DNA of 64,000 nucleotides from an uncultured Phycisphaerales bacterium (GCA_963844715.1 CAWJPJ010000007.1:768001-832000); one strand, 5' to 3'; shown: positions 11,328 to 23,065, counted from the first letter of the stretch. Program-made: numbers and translations. Notes: generated from the letters alone by a model not told the origin.

Positions 11328-12023
11328 ATGGATCAGCCGGTGGCGATTGTGACAGGCGCGGGACGCGGCATCGGCCGCGCCGTCGCCGCCCAATTGTCCG
11401 AGTTGCAATATCGGCTGGCTCTCGTCTCCCGCACGGCCGGCGAACTGCACCAGACTCATATTCTCTGCCGCTCCGAGGCTGAGACCATTCCCGCCGACGT
11501 CTCCAAGTCCGACCAGGTCCAGAATCTCGTACTCCGAACCCTGGGACGTTTCGGCCGCGTGGATGCGCTCATTCATTGCGCGGGCTTCGCACTGAAGCGC
11601 AATCCGGACCAGATGACCGATCAGGAGTGGCACGAAGTCATCGACATCAATCTTTCCTCCGCCTTTTATTTGTCCCGCGCTCTTTGGCCCATCTGGCGCA
11701 AGCAGGGGGGCGGCGCGATGTTGAACGTCTCCTCCTTTGCCGGGCGAGATCCTTTCACCGGCCTGAGCGCCTATGGGGCCGCCAAGGCCGGGCTCAATAT
11801 TCTCAGCCACGCCCTCGCCCGAGAGGGCAAGCCATTCAACATCCGAGTCTACAATGTCGCGCCCGCCGCTACCGAAACAAAAATGTTCCGCTCACTCGTT
11901 CCGCAAGGAACGTTCGCCGACGAGCACATTCTCGATCCCGCCGACGTCGCCAGGGTCATCGTCCAATGCATCCGGGGCGATCTGACCATCACCAGCGGCG
12001 AAGTCATTTATGTGCACAAATAG
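11328..12023 (+). CDS. Short-chain dehydrogenase/reductase (SDR)
   Basis: TGAGRGIG, NVSS and YGAAK motifs. Confidence 0.9.
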   Translation: MDQPVAIVTGAGRGIGRAVAAQLSELQYRLALVSRTAGELHQTHILCRSEAETIPADVSKSDQVQNLVLRTLGRFGRVDALIHCAGFALKRNPDQMTDQEWHEVIDINLSSAFYLSRALWPIWRKQGGGAMLNVSSFAGRDPFTGLSAYGAAKAGLNILSHALAREGKPFNIRVYNVAPAATETKMFRSLVPQGTFADEHILDPADVARVIVQCIRGDLTITSGEVIYVHK

Positions 12024-12098
12024 TCCAGGCTGCGGTACACTCCCCTGAAACCTTTGCCTGCGAATAGCGTCCTAATTGAGGTGAATGGGAGGCCGTCC

Positions 12099-14074
12099 AT
12101 GAAACCGTTCGTCCTGGGAATCGCCCTCAGCCTGTGTTTCGCCTCGGCTCTATCCGCCCAGATTTTTGGCGGCCGCTTCAATCGCGTCGCCCCGGATGGA
12201 TCGATCACCCTCCCCTTCGCTCAGACCGACGCGGCCGGCAATCAATGGATCATCTTCCCCGGCGGCTCGATCCGTCAGCAGCCCCTGCCCGGCGTGCAGG
12301 CCATCTACGGCCAAGCCGAATCCCTCGTCGTCAACAACGCCGTCCCAGGAATGAACGCCAACTTCGCCAGGATCGACAGCAACACCGGCGAACTCGTCAT
12401 CAGCGGCATGAACGGCGCGGGATGCACCGTCACCCGCAGAATCCTCGTCAATTCCCCCGACGGCTTCATCCGCTATATCGATGTCATCAAGAACCCCCAG
12501 GCGCAGGATCAAACCGTTAACCTCCAGCTTCAGACCAATCTCAATTTCGGCGTCACCGGCTCCTCCATCATCGTCGATCCCCATCGCAAGGAAAATCAGA
12601 TCGGCTGGGTTGCCATGACCGGAGCCAATCGCGCTGCCGTCGAAATCTACGCCGGAAAAGGCGCCAAGCTCGTCCCCGCCATCAATTGCGACCAGGGCAA
12701 CACCGTCGTCCAGACCACCTATCAGCTCGAAGTCAAAGCCGGAAAGTCCGTCGCCATCGTTCATTTGCTCGGCTCCGCCGGCAGCATCGAGCAAGGCGCG
12801 GACAGCATCATGGCTTTTAAGGAATCCAAACTCCTTGCCTCGCTTCCCGCCGACGTGCGCCGCATCGTCGTCAACTTCACCACCGCCGGCTCGGTGGTCG
12901 GCGATTACGAAATCCTTCGCGGCGACGCGTTCGACGTCATCGAACTCCGCTCCGGCGACCAGCTCCACGGAACCATCAAGGAAGACGCCTTTAAGCTCAA
13001 CACGTTCTACGGGCAGCTTTCTCTCCCCACCGATCAGGTCGTCGCCATGATGAACGTCGGCCAGTACCGCCCGCGCCAGCTCCTGGTCACCTCCGACGGC
13101 CAGGTCTTCGGCGGCACACTCGATGCCCAAACCATCTCCATGGAGCTCTCCAGCGGGCAGGTCGTCCAGGTCCCGCTGGGCGAAATCACCCGCCTCGGCT
13201 ACCACAAACGCCCCGACGAACCCGACGAATGGAATTTCGATAAACCCACCGTAATCATGCGCAGCGGCGACCGCGTTTTCGTCGATCTTCCCACCGCCCC
13301 CATCGATGTCCTTACCCGTTACGGCGAACTGAAGCTCGACCCCCAATCCATCGGCTCCATCCTTTTCCAAACCGACGACACCGGCGTCCACGAAATTCTC
13401 ATGTCCGACGGCAGCCGCTTCGCCGGCCTCGCCGAAGCGCCGGAATTTGAGATGAAGCTCACCAGCCCCTTTGCCGCCCAGCCCGTGAAATTCCCGGCCA
13501 GCAGTCTGGTCTCCATTCAATTCGCCGCCAAGGTCGCCGATGCCGACGACACAACGCCGTCCCTCCTTCTCCTCAATCAGGACTCGCTCATCGGCACGCT
13601 CGTCGGAGCCCTCAAGCTCGACACCGCTTTCGACACCATCGAGATCAACGCCCCCGAAATTCGCAAAATAGTCCATCCCACCGCCGGCACTCCCGACGTG
13701 CAGGTTACTCTCTGGGACAACACCGTCGTCAGCGGCGTCCTCGAAGAGCAGGATGTCCAGTGCGATCTCCTCTGCGGTGCGCAGATCAACGTGCCCGTTT
13801 CTTTGCTTGCCGAGTACAACCAGCCTCTCCCGCGCCCGTCGGCGCCGGTAATCGACAAGATCAAATCCCTGGCCGCCGATTTAAGCGCCGACGACTGGAA
13901 GCAGCGCGACGAGGCCGAGTCTTCCCTTGAGGCGATCGGTCCCTCCGTCATCAGCGTCCTGCGCGATTTGCGCCGGGCGAATCCCCCGAGGCCCAGGAGC
14001 GCATCGACGCGATCACAAAATCGTTTTCCCTCGGCTCCGACTCGTCTCCCAAGTCCTCCCCCGACAGCCCGTAA
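12099..14074 (+). CDS. Large secreted hypothetical protein with repeated small beta domains and a C-terminal HEAT-like helix pair (frameshift near 13975)
   Basis: Signal peptide MKPFVLGIALSLCFASALSA; repeated DxIELRSGD/IMRSGD/LLNQD..G units; LSADDWKQRDEA; corrected frame ends at TAA 14072-14074. Confidence 0.65.
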
Positions 14075-14081
14075 ACCGCCC

Positions 14082-16144
14082 ATGCCCGAGGCGAATTTCA
14101 ACGACATTTTCACCACCGGCGTCGCCCACCACGAAGCCGGGCGGTTGCGCGAAGCCGAAGAACACTACCGCCGCGTCATCGCCGCGAACCCCAAACACGA
14201 CCAGGCCCACGCCATGCTCGCCGTCATCGCCTCGCAATCCGGCCGCTTCGACGACGCCATCGAATTGATCCTTCAGGCCATCACGCTCGCCCCCGATCGC
14301 GCTGAGCATCATTACAACCACGGCCTGATCCTCGCCGAGGCCGATCGTCCCGACGACGCCATGACCGCCTATCGCCGCGCCCTCGCCGCCGATCCGGCCC
14401 TGGCGCCCGCTCACTACAATCTGGGAAATCTTCTCAGCAACAAGCAGCGTTATTCCGAAGCCGCCGATTCCTTCCGCCTGCGCTGGCCCTGCAGTCTCGC
14501 TGGCCCGACGCCCTGACCAATCTAGGCAGCGCCCTCGACGCCCAGGGCCGCCGCCAGGAAGCCGCCAATACCTTTGCCGCCGCCCTGAAAATCAATCCCA
14601 ATCACGTCAACGCGATGGTCAATCTCGGCAACTGTCTGTATCGCCAGCAACGCCTCGATGATGCCATCGCCGTTCTGCGCCGCGCCGTCTCCCTCGACCC
14701 GGCAAACGCCCGCGCCTTCTTTAATCTCGGCACCGTCCTCAGCCACCAGTCGCGTTATGACGAAGCTGTCGATTGTCTCACCCGCGCGGTTTCCCTCGAT
14801 CCCAATTTCGGCGACGCCTACGTGAACCTCGGCAAAGTCTGCCGCGAGTCCGGCGACTTCGACGCCGCCCTGACCTATTACCGCCGGGCCCTGTCGCTCA
14901 ATCCAAATCACGCCAGCGTCCACAGCAACATCGTCTATGGAATGCACTTCGATCCGCGTTACGGCGCCCGCGCTCTTTTTGCCGAATTATCCGAATGGGA
15001 TCGCCGCCACGCCCAGTCGCTTCGCTCAGAAATTCTCCCGCATGAGAACGACCGCTCCCCCTCGCGGCCGCTCAGAATCGGCTACGTCTCCACCGAATTC
15101 TGGGCCCAGGCCGAAGCCCATTTCGTCCTTCCCCTCCTCGAATCCCACGATCGCACCCAATTCGAAATTCATTGCTATTCGACAGGCGACATCGCCGACT
15201 CCGTCACCGAGCGCCATCGCAAAGCAACCGATTTCTGGCACGAAGCCGCCCGCCTGCCCGACGCCGAACTCGCCCAGCAAATCCGCGACGACCGGATCGA
15301 CATCCTCGTCGATCTCAACATGCATATGCACTACAACCGCCTGCTGACTTTCGCCCGCAAACCCGCCCCAATTCAAATCACCTGGATCGCCTACCCCGGC
15401 GGCACCGGCGTCACCACAATCGACTATCGCTTCACCGACAACTTCATCGATCCCCCCGGCGACACCACCGGTATCTACGCCGAGCAATCCCTTCCCCTCG
15501 GTGATTGCTGGTGCGCCTACGATCCGCTCTCCAATCTCCCCTCAGCCCCCGAGCGATCCCCCGGCCCCATCCGCTTCGGCTCCCTGAACAATCCCTGCAA
15601 AATAAACGATCCTTTCCTCGAGCTTTGGTCCTCGGTCCTCCGCGCCCTTCCCGATTCGCAATTGCTCCTCCTGAGCAATTCCGATCGGCAGCGAAATCGA
15701 ATCCGCAACATTTTGGACAGCCACGGCGTCGCCCCCGCGCACGTCGAATTTATCTCGACGCTCCCGCGCGAGAAATATCTCCAAACCTATCACCGCATCG
15801 ACATCGCCCTCGACACCCTTCCCTACAATGGCATAACCACCACCTGCGACGCCCTCTGGATGGGAGTCCCGGTCGTCACCCTCACCGGCCAAACCGCCTG
15901 CGGCCGCGCCGGCCAAAGCCTCCTCACCGCAGCCGGCCTCCCCGATCTCGTCGCCAAGACCCCCGAAGATTTCACCAAAATTGCCGCGAATCTCGCCGCC
16001 GATCCCTCTCGCCTGGCCGCCCTCCGCCAATCCCTCCGCCAAAGCGTCACCCAAAGCCCCTTGATGGACGGCTCCTCCTTCGCCAGGAGGGTTGAATCCG
16101 CCTATCGCCAAATCTGGCGGAAATGGTGCTCGTCCGATAAATAG
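14082..16144 (+). CDS. TPR-containing O-GlcNAc transferase (SPINDLY/GT41-like); frameshift near 14480
   Basis: TPR repeats, then RPLRIGYVS, IDILVDL, RKPAPIQITWIAYPG, FGSLNNPCKI and LDTLPYNGITTTCDALWMGVPV. Confidence 0.9.
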
Positions 16145-16261
16145 CGTGCTTGCGGAGCGCCCGCCGTATATGCAACCAAAATTCATTTGCCGCCGAGGTT
16201 TACATTAAGAGCCCGTTTATCCTCTTGGCGAAACCCCGTACCCGAACCTAAACTACCCCGC

Positions 16262-17143
16262 ATGAGTTCGCCGCCGTTGCCAAGGGAGCCGGGCGATCCC
16301 AAAGGACCCCTGGGGATCATCGCCGGGGAAGGCGTTTTTCCCATTCTGGTCGCCCGCGGCGCTCGCGCCGCCGGAAGAAAGGTCGTCGCCGCTGGCTTCA
16401 GCGGTCTGGCGTGGCCCGAACTCCGCGAGGAAGTCGATGTCTACAAATCCGTTGGCATCGTTCGCCTCGGCCAATGGATCCGCGTCCTGCGCGGCGAAGG
16501 CTGCTCCCAGGCCATCCTCGTCGGACGCGTCGCCAAGGAGAAAATTTACACCCGCTGGCGGCTGTTCCGTTTCATTCCCGATCTTCGAACCTGCAAGATC
16601 TGGTTCTATCATCTACATCGTGATAAACGTGATCAGTCCGTGCTCAACGCCATCGACCGAGAATTGGCTTCGGAAGGAATTCACTTGATCGACTCCACGA
16701 CATATTGCGCCGAACATCTGGCCGCCGTAGGCCTCATGACCCAGCGACAGCCATCGCAAAAACAATGGGACGACATCCATTACGGCTGGGACCTCGGCCA
16801 GACCATCAGCCGCCTCGACATCGGCCAGTCCATCGCCGTCGTTGACAAAAACGTCCTAGCCGTCGAAGCCGTGGAAGGCACCAACGCCATGATCGAACGC
16901 GCCGGCAGCCTCTGCAAAGTAGGGGGGTGGACCCTCATCAAGGTCTCCAACGTCCACCACGACATGCGCCTCGATGTCCCCACCGTCGGCACCACAACCA
17001 TAGAAAAACTCCACGCCGCCGGCGCCACCGCGCTGGTCCTGGAGCCCGGCAAAACCATCATCCTGGAAAAGGCGAAAGTACTGGAATTGGCCGACCGTTA
17101 TCGCATTGCCGTGGTAGGCTACTCCCCCGAGGTCGGCCGCTGA
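16262..17143 (+). CDS. lpxI: UDP-2,3-diacylglucosamine pyrophosphatase LpxI family
   Basis: LGIIAGEGVFP, DIGQS, AVEAVEGTNAMIERAG and DMRLDVPTVG motifs. Confidence 0.85.
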   Translation: MSSPPLPREPGDPKGPLGIIAGEGVFPILVARGARAAGRKVVAAGFSGLAWPELREEVDVYKSVGIVRLGQWIRVLRGEGCSQAILVGRVAKEKIYTRWRLFRFIPDLRTCKIWFYHLHRDKRDQSVLNAIDRELASEGIHLIDSTTYCAEHLAAVGLMTQRQPSQKQWDDIHYGWDLGQTISRLDIGQSIAVVDKNVLAVEAVEGTNAMIERAGSLCKVGGWTLIKVSNVHHDMRLDVPTVGTTTIEKLHAAGATALVLEPGKTIILEKAKVLELADRYRIAVVGYSPEVGR

Positions 17144-18000
17144 TCCTGAATTACCGGCTCCAACACCTCCGCCCCAAACGCCCCGCGCAACCACTCAAAG
17201 TGCCCGCCGTAAACCCCGTATTCCTTCCACTCTCGCGCAAACGCATGCTGAAACACCCTCTTTCTCTCGCTTTCATCCAAACCGATTAACGTAAACCCGC
17301 GCCGCCCGGCCCCGCTCCGATGCACGCCGTCATAATTCCCAAAAATCTCCGGCCCCAATCCCTGCCAGAAATCGTCATCCTCGCTGTAAAAAACATGCAA
17401 CACCCGGCAATGCTCCAGCGCTCCCTTCAAGTCATAATCCGGCGACACCGCCGGCGCCAGCAAAATCACCGGCCCCACCGAAAAGCTCAGCCGCGGCAGC
17501 GCCCCCAAAATCACCCCCGCCCCAGCGCTATGCCCGATCAGGGCAATCTCCTCATCCGGATTTTTCTCCCGCAAAGAAGTCAGATATTCCGCCAACTTCT
17601 TCTCCGCCGCCTCATGCAAATTCCCCGACGACAAATTCACCAGCATCAGCGGCCACGGATATCCCCAATCAAATGTCTCGATGCGACCCCTCTGGCCCCC
17701 ATCCGCCAACCCCCGGCAAAGCCCCCCATAATCCGGCCCATCCCCGGCAATACCGGGCACCACGATTACAAGTCCCTTCGACCCGGAATTCAGCACCGGA
17801 CTTGCGCAGCCAGCCAAAAGGAGTACGATTCCCGCAAAAAACGGCCAGCTTCCAAATGACGAAATTCGAATGACGAATGACGAATCAAATTCCAATGATC
17901 GAATGACCGAATGAAGACTCATTCGAGCATTTGGGCATTTGGGCATTGATTCGTCATTTATCATTCGAATTTCGTCATTGCGCCGCCTCGTTTGTACCAT
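17119..18000 (-). CDS. Putative lipoprotein, alpha/beta hydrolase fold
   Basis: Lipobox LLAGC, VVPGIAG, nucleophile elbow GHSAG, late GGH; 5' part contains an in-frame palindromic repeat; start uncertain. Confidence 0.7.
   Translation of the reverse strand: MVQTRRRNDEIRMINDESMPKCPNARMSLHSVIRSLEFDSSFVIRISSFGSWPFFAGIVLLLAGCASPVLNSGSKGLVIVVPGIAGDGPDYGGLCRGLADGGQRGRIETFDWGYPWPLMLVNLSSGNLHEAAEKKLAEYLTSLREKNPDEEIALIGHSAGAGVILGALPRLSFSVGPVILLAPAVSPDYDLKGALEHCRVLHVFYSEDDDFWQGLGPEIFGNYDGVHRSGAGRRGFTLIGLDESERKRVFQHAFAREWKEYGVYGGHFEWLRGAFGAEVLEPVIQDQRPTSGE
17855..17979. repeat. Palindromic element built of 7-nt units (AATGACG/CGAATGA type)
   Basis: 34-bp arms AATGACGAAATTCGAATGACGAATGACGAATCAA and TTGATTCGTCATTTATCATTCGAATTTCGTCATT are reverse complements with 2 mismatches. 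Confidence 0.9.
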
Positions 18001-18040
18001 CCCACACCGCCCGACTAAAATGCCTTGCTCAAGGAACGAC

Positions 18041-18745
18041 ATGACTCAACCCGACAAACCCATCACCCGCCAATTCGTCAACTACGCATTCTTTAAACTA
18101 GACCCTGCATTCCGGCGTCTGGCCGAGACCGAGAAACTACAGGCCCGAGAAGAATTCGCCGCCGCCTTTGCCCAACCCCAGCCCGGCCTCCTCTGCCTCG
18201 CCTACAGCACCGTCGCCCTTCGCTCCGATTGCGACTTTCTCCTCTGGCGAATCGCCGCCACCAGTGACGATATCCAATCCCACACCCAGTCCCTCAATCG
18301 CACGCGCCTGGCCGGCTATCTCTCCACCCCCTGGTCTTTCATCTCCATGACCAAGCGCAGCATGTACGTCGACAAGACCGACCCCTTCCACACCCCCGAA
18401 AGCCGCACCCATCTCATCCCGGGCAAGCGCAAATATCTCTTCGTCTATCCCTTCGTCAAAACCCGCGCCTGGTATCTTCTCCCCTTGGCCGAGCGGCAGG
18501 CCATCATGGACGTCCACATCAAGGTCGGCAACAAATACCCCAGCGTCAAACTCAACACCTCTTACAGCTTCGGCCTGGACGATCAGGAATTCGTCGTTGC
18601 CTTCGAGACGGATGAGCCCAAGGATTTCGTCGATCTTGTGATGGAGCTTCGCGAAACCGAAAGCAGCAAATATACCCTTCGCGACACGCCGATTTTCACT
18701 TGCGTCCAGACTCCGATCCCGCAGATTCTCGATCAGCTTTTTTAG
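18041..18745 (+). CDS. chdC: Chlorite dismutase-family protein, probably coproheme decarboxylase ChdC/HemQ
   Basis: YPFVKTRAWYLLP..ER..IM..H and SFGLDDQEFVVAFE motifs. Confidence 0.75.
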   Translation: MTQPDKPITRQFVNYAFFKLDPAFRRLAETEKLQAREEFAAAFAQPQPGLLCLAYSTVALRSDCDFLLWRIAATSDDIQSHTQSLNRTRLAGYLSTPWSFISMTKRSMYVDKTDPFHTPESRTHLIPGKRKYLFVYPFVKTRAWYLLPLAERQAIMDVHIKVGNKYPSVKLNTSYSFGLDDQEFVVAFETDEPKDFVDLVMELRETESSKYTLRDTPIFTCVQTPIPQILDQLF

Positions 18746-18747
18746 AA

Positions 18748-20360
18748 ATGGGGTTACCGCCGTCTATTTTCCAGCGCGTTCGCAGGGTCGCCGCATTTCA
18801 CGAATCGACCAAGTTGAAGTCGCCCCTGCCGCCTCCCATCGATGCGCCGCGCCCGTCCCCGTTCCGCATTTTCACGGATTTGGGCAGAACCGAACTCCCC
18901 ACCAGCCTCCTGGCCAGCCCCACGCCCACGATTTCCCTGCTTCGCCACGGCCTCGACGCCGTCCCCGAGTCCCATCGCCAGCCCGCCCAAAATCTCCAGA
19001 CGCTCGCCACCTGGCTCTATTTCGGGGCCGGTTCCATCGCTCAGGGCGACGCCGCTCCCCCGCGCGTCTACGCCAGCGAAGATTTCCTCTTCCCCACCGA
19101 AATCTACGCCGCCGTCTTCGCCATCGACGGCCTCGAACCCGGCCTCTATCACTTCTGCGTCCGCGACTTTTCCCTCCGTCGCCTCCGCTATGGCTGGGAA
19201 ACTCTCTCCCAAATCAAGCGCGGCCGCCCCGATCTGGAATATCTCAAAACCACGCCCGCCGTCCTGCTCGTCTCGTCCGTCTTCTGCCGCTCCACCTGGC
19301 GATTCGCCCAGCGCGGCTATCGCTCGTCGGCCGTCGAAGCCGGACGCGTCATCCAAAATCTCTCCACCGTCGCCGCCGCACTCGGCATGCAGACTTTCGT
19401 CCGCCTCGCCATCAACGCCAAATCCATGCAAACCCTCATCGGCGTGCCCAGTGACGCCCCCTTCGCCGACGCCGAGGCCGTTCACGGCCTGGTCATCTGG
19501 GCCGACCCCGCCACCCGGCCCATTCTCCCTCCCCCAGCCACTCGTCGGCGAGAATGTCCCCCATCCCGCGCCCCGCCCTGGCCGCGAAGATCATCGCATG
19601 CGATCCCGTTCCATCCGTTCACCACGACTGCGTCGCCCCCGGCGTCGCCGTGCGCGAAATCCGCCCGCCTCTCACCGAACTTTCCCCGATCCCCGAAAGT
19701 TTCCCCGCCGCCGATCTCCCCGATCCCGAAGCCAACTCCCCCTTCGAGCCCGGCGAATCGATCACTCGCCTGCTGATGTCCGCCGCTCACGCGCCCGGTT
19801 TCACTTCCGCCGAAATCTCCCAATCGCAATTATGGAACCTCGTCCGCTGCGCCTTCCGCTGGGGAACCAGTTACCCACTTTTCCCCGAGGGTCCCCATGT
19901 CGCACTCATCCGCCCCCTCTGGGTCCTCCGCCAGGTCACCGGCTTCGAGCCCGGCGCCTGGTATTTTAACCCCGTCACCGACGCCTGGTCTCTCCTCCGT
20001 CCCGGCGTTTATAAGTCGGAAATCCGCCGTCTCGTTCTCGGCAACGCCCACTTCGATCAAGCGGCCGCCACGTGCTTTCTCATCGCCAATCTATACCGCC
20101 TCATGTCCGAAGCCGGCCCCGATCTCTACCGCCTCGCCCACCTGGAATCCGGCGCCGCCATCCAGCGCCTCGACCTGGCCGCCCGAGCCATCAACCTTTC
20201 CACAATCGCCACCACCGCCTTCGCCGACGACGACACCCGCCGCTTCTTCGGTCTCGACCGCACCTTCTGGCACCCCCTAGCCGTCGCCGCCTTGGGCTCG
20301 CCGTCCCCGTCCATTACAGCGCAAAACCGTGACCGCGAAACCCGATCCCGAAGTCATTAG
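18748..20360 (+). CDS. SagB/ThcOx-like tandem nitroreductase-domain protein (frameshift near 19530)
   Basis: AFHESTK start, GLEPGLYHF, RGYR...EAGRVIQN; second domain YRLAHLESG. Confidence 0.7.
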
Positions 20361-20420
20361 GCGTTAAACGACCGATCATTCAGGCATTCATTCGCCATTC
20401 TGGTTTCGGGTTTCGGACTT
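20336..20420. repeat. Degenerate 7-nt-unit palindromic element
   Basis: CGAAACCCGA...CATTC CATTC...TGGTTTCGGGTTTCGG. Confidence 0.55.
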
Positions 20421-20517
20421 CCCGGCTTCACCGGGTTCCTCCTTGTCCCGCCCGCCCATTGTCTGTACATTTCCCCACCGATTTATCATTTTGACAAGGA
20501 ATAGGAGAACTCAAACC

Positions 20518-21756
20518 GTGCCGTCCGCCATACAGAACTTCCGCCGTACCCAGCACCTATTTACCAGCGAATCCGTAACCATGGGGCATCCCGACAAAGT
20601 CGCCGACCAGATCAGCGACGCCGTCCTCGATGCCCTCCTTGCCCAGGATCCGCGCAGCCGTGTGGCCGTCGAAACCCTCGTCACCACCGGCCAGGTCGTC
20701 CTGGCCGGCGAAGTCACCACCAGGCTTACGTCGATGCCGCCCAGATCGCCCGCAACACCATCCGCGAGATCGGCTACACCCATCCCGATATCGGCTTCGA
20801 CTTCCATAGTTGCGGCGTGCTTACCGCCATCCACAGCCAATCCCCCGATATCGCCCGCGGCGTCGACCGCGCCGAGGACGACAGCAAGGAGCAAGGCGCC
20901 GGCGACCAGGGCCTCATGTTCGGCTACGCCTGCGACGAAACCCCCGAACTCATGCCTCTGCCCGATCCATTTGGCTCACCGCCTCGTCGAGCGCCTCGCC
21001 GAAATGCGCGAAAAGCAAAAACTCTCCTGGCTGCGCCCCGACGGCAAAAGCCAGGTGACCGTCGAATATCGCAACGAGCAGCCCACGCGCGTCCACACCG
21101 TCGTCGTCAGTACTCAGCACGACGAGTCCGTCATCGATAAAAAGCACGATTGCATTTCCGAAAAAGCCAAGAAACAAATCATCGAGCAGGTGATCAAACC
21201 CGTCATCCCCAAGAAACTCTGGAACGACGACATCGTCTTCCACATCAACCCGACCGGAAAATTCGTCGTCGGCGGCCCGCATGGCGACACCGGCCTGACC
21301 GGCCGAAAGATCATCGTCGACAGCTACGGCGGCCGCGGCGCCCATGGCGGCGGGGCGTTCAGCGGCAAAGACCCCAGCAAAGTCGATCGTTCCGCCTGCT
21401 ACATGGGCCGCTATATCGCCAAGAATATCGTCGCCGCCGGCCTCGCCCGTTGCGCCGAGGTCCAGCTCGCTTACGCCATCGGCGTCGCCCATCCCGTCTC
21501 CGTCACCGTCAGCACCGAAGGCACCGCCGTCATCCCCGAGGACCAGATCGCCGAGTTGATCAAGGACCATTTCCCGCTCACCCCGCGCGGCATCATCCGC
21601 CATCTCGATCTGCTCCGCCCCATCTACAAACAAACCGCCCGCCACGGCCACTTCGGCAGAATCCCCGGCCGCGACGGCGCCTTCAGTTGGGAAAAAACCG
21701 ACAAAGCCGCCGACCTAGCCAAAGCCGCGGGGCTAACTGTCCGCAAGGCTGGTTGA
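20518..21756 (+). CDS. metK: S-adenosylmethionine synthetase (frameshifts near 20725 and 20960)
   Basis: FTSESVxx[19 protein letters not shown] and [19 protein letters not shown] start with AGGAG RBS. Confidence 0.97.
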   Translation: MPSAIQNFRRTQHLFTSESVTMGHPDKVADQISDAVLDALLAQDPRSRVAVETLVTTGQVVLAGEVTTRLTSMPPRSPATPSARSATPIPISASTSIVAACLPPSTANPPISPAASTAPRTTARSKAPATRASCSATPATKPPNSCLCPIHLAHRLVERLAEMREKQKLSWLRPDGKSQVTVEYRNEQPTRVHTVVVSTQHDESVIDKKHDCISEKAKKQIIEQVIKPVIPKKLWNDDIVFHINPTGKFVVGGPHGDTGLTGRKIIVDSYGGRGAHGGGAFSGKDPSKVDRSACYMGRYIAKNIVAAGLARCAEVQLAYAIGVAHPVSVTVSTEGTAVIPEDQIAELIKDHFPLTPRGIIRHLDLLRPIYKQTARHGHFGRIPGRDGAFSWEKTDKAADLAKAAGLTVRKAG

Positions 21757-21761
21757 TTCTT

Positions 21762-21876
21762 GAAAACCAGTAGCAAGAATGACGACCCGAACCAGGGTAA
21801 TCGGATAAGCGAAACGCCATTTAGTCATTCGGGAATTCGGGTTTGATTCGTCATTCTGATTTCTGGTTTCGGATTT
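21762..21876. repeat. 7-nt-unit palindromic element
   Basis: GAAAACCAG..AGAATGACGA on the left; TTCGTCATTCTGATTTCTGGTTTCGG on the right. Confidence 0.7.
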
Positions 21877-21893
21877 ATTCAGGAGATCCTCCC

Positions 21894-22412
21894 ATGCGCC
21901 ACATCCTCTCCCTCATTGCGGTCTGCTGCTCCATCCTCGCTCTTTCCCCCGTCGCGCGGGCCGATGATCAACAAGTCGACAACCCCCTCTTCCAGATCTG
22001 GTCCAAATACAACGTCGGCTCCAGCGAAACTTTCGACACCAACATCAACACCGGCAGCATGCAGATGCAATTCGAGGCGCAACACGTCCTCGCCGAAAAG
22101 GCCGCGGATCATGTCACGGTCACGATCACCCAGACCATGCAGATGATGGGCCAGGCTCACACCACCACGCGCTCGCAGACCTATCAGGCCAAAATTGATG
22201 CCGGCAATGCCCAGCAGGTCGGCGAGGAAAAAGTCGACGCCGCCGGGAAAACTTGGGACTGCAAGGTCTGGGAACTGAAGAGCGTCGAGAAGCAGGGCGA
22301 CACCGTCAAAGTCTGGTCCAACGATCAAGTTCCCGGCGGCATGATCAAAATGGAAGCCACCCTGCCACAGGGCACGGTCCAGTCGCTGCTCAAAAGCTAC
22401 GAAATAAAGTAA
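21894..22412 (+). CDS. Secreted hypothetical protein (beta-rich)
   Basis: AGGAG RBS; signal peptide ending in ARA; VDNP..W and VPGGMIK motifs. Confidence 0.7.
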   Translation: MRHILSLIAVCCSILALSPVARADDQQVDNPLFQIWSKYNVGSSETFDTNINTGSMQMQFEAQHVLAEKAADHVTVTITQTMQMMGQAHTTTRSQTYQAKIDAGNAQQVGEEKVDAAGKTWDCKVWELKSVEKQGDTVKVWSNDQVPGGMIKMEATLPQGTVQSLLKSYEIK

Positions 22413-22418
22413 ACGCCC

Positions 22419-22640
22419 CTAATCCGGCCGTATCCCGGTTTGTTCTCGGCTTGCCTTTTCGCGAGAGCATCGCGCCCATCGTCTGTAGATCGCTTGACAC
22501 ATCATTATCCCCAAAAACACGAGCACGCCCGGATGCGTCTTTGACCAGATTGCCAGCGCAACAATGAACAAGACCGCCGACGCCAGCGCTAGACCATCCA
22601 AGATCCAATTGAGAAGCTTTCTGACGAATTCACCCATTGT
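22419..22640 (-). CDS. Small membrane protein or fragment resembling the N-terminus of the gene at 34654
   Basis: RKLLNWILDGLALASAVLFIVALAIWSKT; two TM segments; start uncertain. Confidence 0.4.
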   Translation of the reverse strand, partial: TMGEFVRKLLNWILDGLALASAVLFIVALAIWSKTHPGVLVFLGIMMCQAIYRRWARCSREKASREQTGIRPD

Positions 22641-22699
22641 GCCCACCCATTGAGGATTAAGTTCGCCCACGCTGACATCGATAATATATTGCGGAATTC

Positions 22700-23065
22700 A
22701 TGTACCGGCGGTGCGCGATCATTCTGGCATTCCTCATGGGCCTTATGGCCGCCGCCGGCATTACCACGGGAGTCGTCCTTCTCATTTCAAATATCGTCAT
22801 GTTTTGCGAGGGACTTTGGGGAGGGGTGCTCGGCCGTAGCGACCAGTGGTTTTTTGCTCCGGGAGTTGTCGCTGGGATCATCTACGGAACGATATGGGCT
22901 CGATCCGAAGCCAAATTTCAGCGCGAGGAATACTGGACCACCCACGGCCGATGCAAGCATTGCGGATACCAGCTCCGCCGCCTCGGCGAACCCCAATGCC
23001 CCGAATGCGGCTACTGGTTTAAAGACCCCAGACATGACATTCGCGATTTGACCGACGGTCCCTAA
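22700..23065 (+). CDS. Two-TM membrane protein with a C-terminal zinc ribbon
   Basis: GRCKHCGYQLRRLGEPQCPECG. Confidence 0.7.
   Translation: MYRRCAIILAFLMGLMAAAGITTGVVLLISNIVMFCEGLWGGVLGRSDQWFFAPGVVAGIIYGTIWARSEAKFQREEYWTTHGRCKHCGYQLRRLGEPQCPECGYWFKDPRHDIRDLTDGP

Noticed and set aside
12054..14516. 820-aa fusion of a secreted protein with TPRs
   Set aside because: Artefact of a frameshift near 13975; the corrected frame stops at 14074 and the TPR gene starts at 14082
18748..20360. SagB-like gene as part of a RiPP (azole) cluster
   Set aside because: No YcaO, precursor peptide or transporter nearby
20360..20517. SAM riboswitch upstream of metK
   Set aside because: The region is occupied by a degenerate 7-mer hairpin; no SAM-I or SAM-II core was recognised
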